The notes below the pieces were generated by a model that was given only the letters and a program-made list of their open reading frames with translations, did no database searches and had not been told where the DNA came from. This document shows positions 60,848 through 64,000 of a stretch of DNA of 64,000 nucleotides, in pieces. The translations under genes were made by a program, and so were the position numbers. The stretch comes from a virus, in the IMG/VR virus record IMGVR_UViG_3300022561_000009; one strand, written 5' to 3'. Each line of letters starts with the position of its first letter. Position 1 is the stretch's first letter.

Positions 60848-60945
60848 ACTATAGAATAAATACAGGTATTTGTCAACAGGTTTTATAAACTTTATGATAC
60901 AAAATCATAGAAAACGTTTTACATCTGACACATTTTATGTATAAT
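60848..60945. promoter_or_regulatory. divergent immunity-switch promoters with palindromic operator
   Basis: Minus strand: TTGACA (60871-76), 17 nt, TATAGT (60848-53). Plus strand: TTGTCA/TATGAT and TTTACA (60918-23)/TATAAT (60940-45). Palindrome TATGAT-ACAAA-ATCATA at 60893-60909. Confidence 0.6.
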
Positions 60946-60980
60946 AAAGGAAACACGATAAGTTATATGGAGGTTATCTA

Positions 60981-61316
60981 ATGGAAGAGAAATTATTTAT
61001 AAAAAGATTACGTGACTTGAGGGACGAAAAGGGTGTATCTCAGGAAGAAGTTTCCAAAGCCGTGGGCATTACGAAGTCAACGCTGTCAAAATATGAGTTA
61101 GGCAAAAATGAGCCTGGGATGATGGTTGCTAAAAAACTAGCTGATTATTTCCATGTTTCATTTGACTGGCTAGTTGGCTATTCCGATGAAAAACAACCAG
61201 TTATGACTAAAAATGAATTGACGAATTTGTTTTCTAAATTGCAGGAGAAGGACAAGTTAGAGGCTATAAAATATATGGAATACTTATATCTCACTTCCAG
61301 TAAGGAGAAAAAATGA
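60981..61316 (+). CDS. CI-like XRE-family repressor (no peptidase domain)
   Basis: IKRLRDLRDEKGVSQEEVSKAVGITKSTLSKYELGKNEPGMMVAKKLADYFHVSFDWLVGYSD. Co-oriented with the integrase. Confidence 0.75.
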   Translation: MEEKLFIKRLRDLRDEKGVSQEEVSKAVGITKSTLSKYELGKNEPGMMVAKKLADYFHVSFDWLVGYSDEKQPVMTKNELTNLFSKLQEKDKLEAIKYMEYLYLTSSKEKK

Positions 61317-62452
61317 AAGGAAGCGTTTTTAAGGACAAAACTGGTCGTTGGCGTGGCGTGGTGGAACTTCCAAGGGGAGCAGATGGCGCCCGCAAGCAAC
61401 AACCGCTTTATAGTGGCGATACTAAAAAGGGAAGCGCGGCACAGAAAAAAGAGGTTCAGCGTAAAGTTAATGAACTTGTCTATGAGATTGAAAATAACCT
61501 TTACCTAAATGAGTCTAAAGCTACGATGGAACAATATCTAAAGGAATGGCTGAAGATTTATGCTGCTGAAAACTTAGAGGAAACTACTGGAGAACTTTAC
61601 GAAATGTATGTAGAGGTGCACATAAACCCACTTCTTGGAAAATTGAAGATTAAAGAGATAAAGCCTATGCAAATCCAAGAGTTCTATAACGAAAAAATGA
61701 AAGACATTGAGCTTGAAAATGGCAAGATTAAAAAAGGACTGTCAAAAAACACCATAGGAAAATTACACTCTTTTCTCAATCGGGCGTTCGATGATGCAAT
61801 GAGGAATCGGAAGATAAAATACAATCCATGTCAAGGAGTAAATAGGCCTAAGAAGAAGAAATACAAACCGGCTATTTGTAGCGAAGAAAACTTTTATACC
61901 TTGCTTGATAAAACGAAGGGAACATTTGACGAAATAATGATATTGCTCTCAGGGATATGTGGCTTGAGACGTGGGGAGATATTTGGGTTACGATTCATCG
62001 ATGTCGATTTTAAGAACTATAAAATTTCAATCATGCAAACTAAGGTAAGGTTTAAGAAAAAATGGATGATCAAAAAACCTAAAAACGATACAAGTATGAG
62101 AACTATTTCCGTTCCAGAGTTCGTCACGGATACCATTAGCACTTACTTGGCATCACTTAAAGTTGTTCCAGAAACAATTTTCGAAGAGTTTCTACCTGAT
62201 GCTTATAGTAAACATTTCAGTAAACTATTAATTACACACAACATCCCGCACATACGCTTTCATGATCTTCGCCACTTCAATGCAATCATCATGCTAAAAT
62301 ATGGAGTCACTGACAAGGTAGCATCCGGGAGGTTAGGGCATAGCCAAGTGCAGACCACTAGGGAAATATACCAACACGTTCTACCTGATATGGACAAACA
62401 GGCGTCTAATATAATTGAAGGTATCTTTAGTAAAAAAACGAAGGTCAATTAA
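61313..62452 (+). CDS. int: tyrosine integrase
   Basis: GLRRGEIFGL (Arg I), HDLRHFNAI (H-x-x-R), GRLGHSQVQTTREIYQHV (catalytic Tyr). Adjacent to the tRNA-derived att core. Confidence 0.9.
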   Translation: MKGSVFKDKTGRWRGVVELPRGADGARKQQPLYSGDTKKGSAAQKKEVQRKVNELVYEIENNLYLNESKATMEQYLKEWLKIYAAENLEETTGELYEMYVEVHINPLLGKLKIKEIKPMQIQEFYNEKMKDIELENGKIKKGLSKNTIGKLHSFLNRAFDDAMRNRKIKYNPCQGVNRPKKKKYKPAICSEENFYTLLDKTKGTFDEIMILLSGICGLRRGEIFGLRFIDVDFKNYKISIMQTKVRFKKKWMIKKPKNDTSMRTISVPEFVTDTISTYLASLKVVPETIFEEFLPDAYSKHFSKLLITHNIPHIRFHDLRHFNAIIMLKYGVTDKVASGRLGHSQVQTTREIYQHVLPDMDKQASNIIEGIFSKKTKVN

Positions 62453-62458
62453 GTGATT

Positions 62459-62477
62459 TTACACACATTTTACACAC
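62459..62477 (+). repeat. integrase arm-type site candidates, left arm (2 x TTACACAC)
   Basis: TTACACAC at 62459-66 and 62470-77, same orientation as the right-arm copies. Confidence 0.5.
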
Positions 62478-62604
62478 CAACTACCCTACAGTATGTTGAA
62501 ACGTATCATTAAAGACACATAACTTTTCATTCAGAAGTTGAAACCCTGATTATAGAGGGATTCCGCAAACCCAGTAATATCAGCATGTCGCAAGTGACAC
62601 TTCT

Positions 62605-62664
62605 CTAGATTCAGGTTCTAGTGGCTGAAAGGCTGTGAGGGTTCAAATCCCTCCGGCCGCACCA
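62605..62664 (+). other. 3' portion of a tRNA-Leu(CAG) = attachment-site core (not a complete tRNA)
   Basis: Anticodon arm CTAGA-TTCAGGT-TCTAG (CAG at 62612-14), long variable arm GGCT-GAAA-GGCT, T arm GAGGG-TTCAAAT-CCCTC, CGGCCGC-A-CCA. No matching 5' acceptor strand or D arm upstream. Confidence 0.75.
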
Positions 62665-62677
62665 TTCAAAAATAGAA

Positions 62678-62697
62678 TTACACACATTTTTACACAC
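62678..62697 (+). repeat. integrase arm-type site candidates, right arm (2 x TTACACAC)
   Basis: TTACACAC at 62678-85 and 62690-97. Confidence 0.5.
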
Positions 62698-62721
62698 ATT
62701 TGTAACACCGATTCAGATTAC

Positions 62722-62756
62722 AAAAGCCGGGGATATTAAAATCACCCCGGCTTTTG
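62722..62756. terminator. bidirectional rho-independent terminator
   Basis: AAAA-GCCGGGG...CCCCGGC-TTTT. Confidence 0.8.
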
Positions 62757-62761
62757 TTTAA

Positions 62762-62995
62762 TTAAATGGCTATTTTTCTATGCTCACTTATATACTCTGT
62801 TTCAGGTCCTATGAAAATAACACTTGGCGGTAGTCTATATAGATTGCTAACTTTGAGTCCTATACTTATCGGCATGTCTTTGCAATCATTTTCAAATTCA
62901 TTAAACTTATCTGCGGTTATCCCACAAATCACAGCAACTTCTTCAACCGTATACCCACTCAATTTCCTAGCAACTCTTAAACTAATCTTAAACAT
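62762..62995 (-). CDS. XRE-family HTH protein
   Basis: MFKISLRVARKLSGYTVEEVAVICGITADKFNEFEND. Start moved to ATG 62995, 9 nt after AAGGAGG. Confidence 0.65.
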   Translation of the reverse strand: MFKISLRVARKLSGYTVEEVAVICGITADKFNEFENDCKDMPISIGLKVSNLYRLPPSVIFIGPETEYISEHRKIAI

Positions 62996-63196
62996 TCTTT
63001 TCTTCCTCCTTAAATTTTCCACTTGCCAAAGAAGGACAATACCATATACAATTACAATAGCAAAATATTCCTTTCTCTGGAAGTTTTTTTGTGAAGGAAG
63101 TCCGTAACTCTTGTTGGGGTGTGCGGGCTTCCTTATATTTCATTACACGACTACCCTCCTTTTCCCCATACTCGAACGTTCATTTGTTTTATTTTA

Positions 63197-63208
63197 GAAC
63201 ATTTGTTC
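63197..63208. promoter_or_regulatory. LexA (Cheo/DinR-type) SOS box GAAC-ATTT-GTTC
   Basis: Perfect GAACnnnnGTTC palindrome in the 360-bp region upstream of the XRE gene. Confidence 0.5.
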
Positions 63209-63383
63209 TAGCATTTCAAGGGGAAATCTGTCGAAGGGATAGGACAAAGGTCCTGAATATTTAGACAACTTTGTGACAATATTCTCATATTTGTCGCAAA
63301 GCAATTAAGAATGCAAAAAGACCCCAGCAGCAATGCCGGAGTCTTTTTCTTACTCGTTAATGAGCAGGGGTTTTGTTTTGAAA

Positions 63384-63800
63384 TTATAATATTGATTTTA
63401 CCGCATCCCAAAGAGCTACAATAAGTTCCGCGTCCTCAGAAAAACTCAAATCGTCTTCCTGGTCTCTGTGGCTATCATACAGACTAGCTGAATTAACAAA
63501 AATGTCAATAATAAACGACCGCTTCTGCTCTTTGATAATTTGGATGCACTGGCCGATATTCAAAAGGGGCAAGCATTGTCCTTTATCCCATTCATCATAC
63601 TCAATGTAATCGTCAATCGTCGGGTCCTCATAATCCACAACTTTATTATTGCGATACTCTTTAACTAATCCAGAATAGTTTGCTACTGAATTATTCCACC
63701 GGAAGTAGTCACCTTTCTCAGGCTTCCACCACTCTCTAAGCTTTTCTTGCTGTTCAGGAGATAATTTATTTAGTTGCTCTGCGGTTATCCTTTGTTTCAC
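63384..63800 (-). CDS. hypothetical protein
   Basis: 138 aa. GTG start 7 nt after AAGGAGGG. Confidence 0.55.
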   Translation of the reverse strand: MKQRITAEQLNKLSPEQQEKLREWWKPEKGDYFRWNNSVANYSGLVKEYRNNKVVDYEDPTIDDYIEYDEWDKGQCLPLLNIGQCIQIIKEQKRSFIIDIFVNSASLYDSHRDQEDDLSFSEDAELIVALWDAVKSIL

Positions 63801-63818
63801 TTATTCACCCTCCTTATA

Positions 63819-63968
63819 TTAGTCATTCTTGTTTTCAAAATCATCACAAATATGAGAGTCTTTAAATGGGTTAAATGACTCATGCAGTATACATTTCCCT
63901 GCCCTTTGACTATATTCAGGTTCTTCGAATTGCCAACAATTCTCACAGCAAAATTCACTTTCTTCCAT
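63819..63968 (-). CDS. Cys-rich small protein, 49 aa
   Basis: Manual ORF MEESEFCCENCWQFEEPEYSQRAGKCILHESFNPFKDSHICDDFENKND. RBS AAGGAGGGAG. Confidence 0.45.
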   Translation of the reverse strand: MEESEFCCENCWQFEEPEYSQRAGKCILHESFNPFKDSHICDDFENKND

Positions 63969-64000
63969 TACTTATTCTCCCTCCTTATATATCCTTAAAG

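Noticed and set aside
62605-62664. Possible complete tRNA-Leu gene.
   Set aside because: Only the anticodon arm, variable arm, T arm and 3' acceptor strand are present. No GCGGCCG 5' acceptor strand or D arm lies upstream, so it is treated as the att core.

Overview
The whole 64-kb window is temperate-phage DNA from a low-GC Gram-positive (Bacillota-type) host. Supporting signals are AAGGAGG-type ribosome-binding sites (RBS), frequent TTG/GTG starts, a BhlA-type holin and a GAAC-N4-GTTC LexA box; I saw no host housekeeping genes. Most genes are on the minus strand. Reading right to left:
- cI/cro switch and tyrosine integrase beside an intact-looking attP that contains the 3' part of a tRNA-Leu(CAG) (60.6-62.7 kb).
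- Early, recombination and replication genes (49-60 kb): T5orf172 protein, PAPS-reductase-like protein, SMC/Rad50-like ATPase, DNA methyltransferase, RecT, metallo-beta-lactamase (MBL) fold hydrolase, SSB and a DnaD-like replication organiser.
- A transcription set (40-49 kb): a sigma-70 family factor with an extra C-terminal module, a free-standing homologue of the RNA polymerase alpha C-terminal domain (alpha-CTD), and an ArpU/RinA-like late activator. A radical-SAM protein and ASCH-like, MazG-like and RuvC-like proteins are interspersed.
- Packaging and virion genes (4-34 kb): HNH-TerS, a 2.4-kb insert, TerL, portal, scaffold, capsid, and a podovirus/T7-like tail and ejection-protein gene order.
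- Two plus-strand morons (3.0-4.0 kb), a lysis cassette (1.0-2.7 kb) and a RepA_N replication initiator.

At least seven free-standing homing-endonuclease-like genes interrupt these modules. Five of them have their own extended -10 promoter (three of those also a terminator), and three are paired with a divergent small ribbon-helix-helix (RHH) gene.

The most unusual part is a 5.7-kb plus-strand operon (34.2-39.9 kb) inserted between the late activator and the packaging genes. It holds an RHH autoregulator, about ten small genes (a J-domain protein, a DUF3560-like protein) and a second Xer-like tyrosine recombinase. Almost every intergenic spacer carries conserved structured RNA modules. One of them (35330-35382) is a textbook hammerhead self-cleaving ribozyme; the others are unclassified and may be further ribozymes or processing elements.

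All protein calls rest on motifs I recognise by eye. No database search was run.
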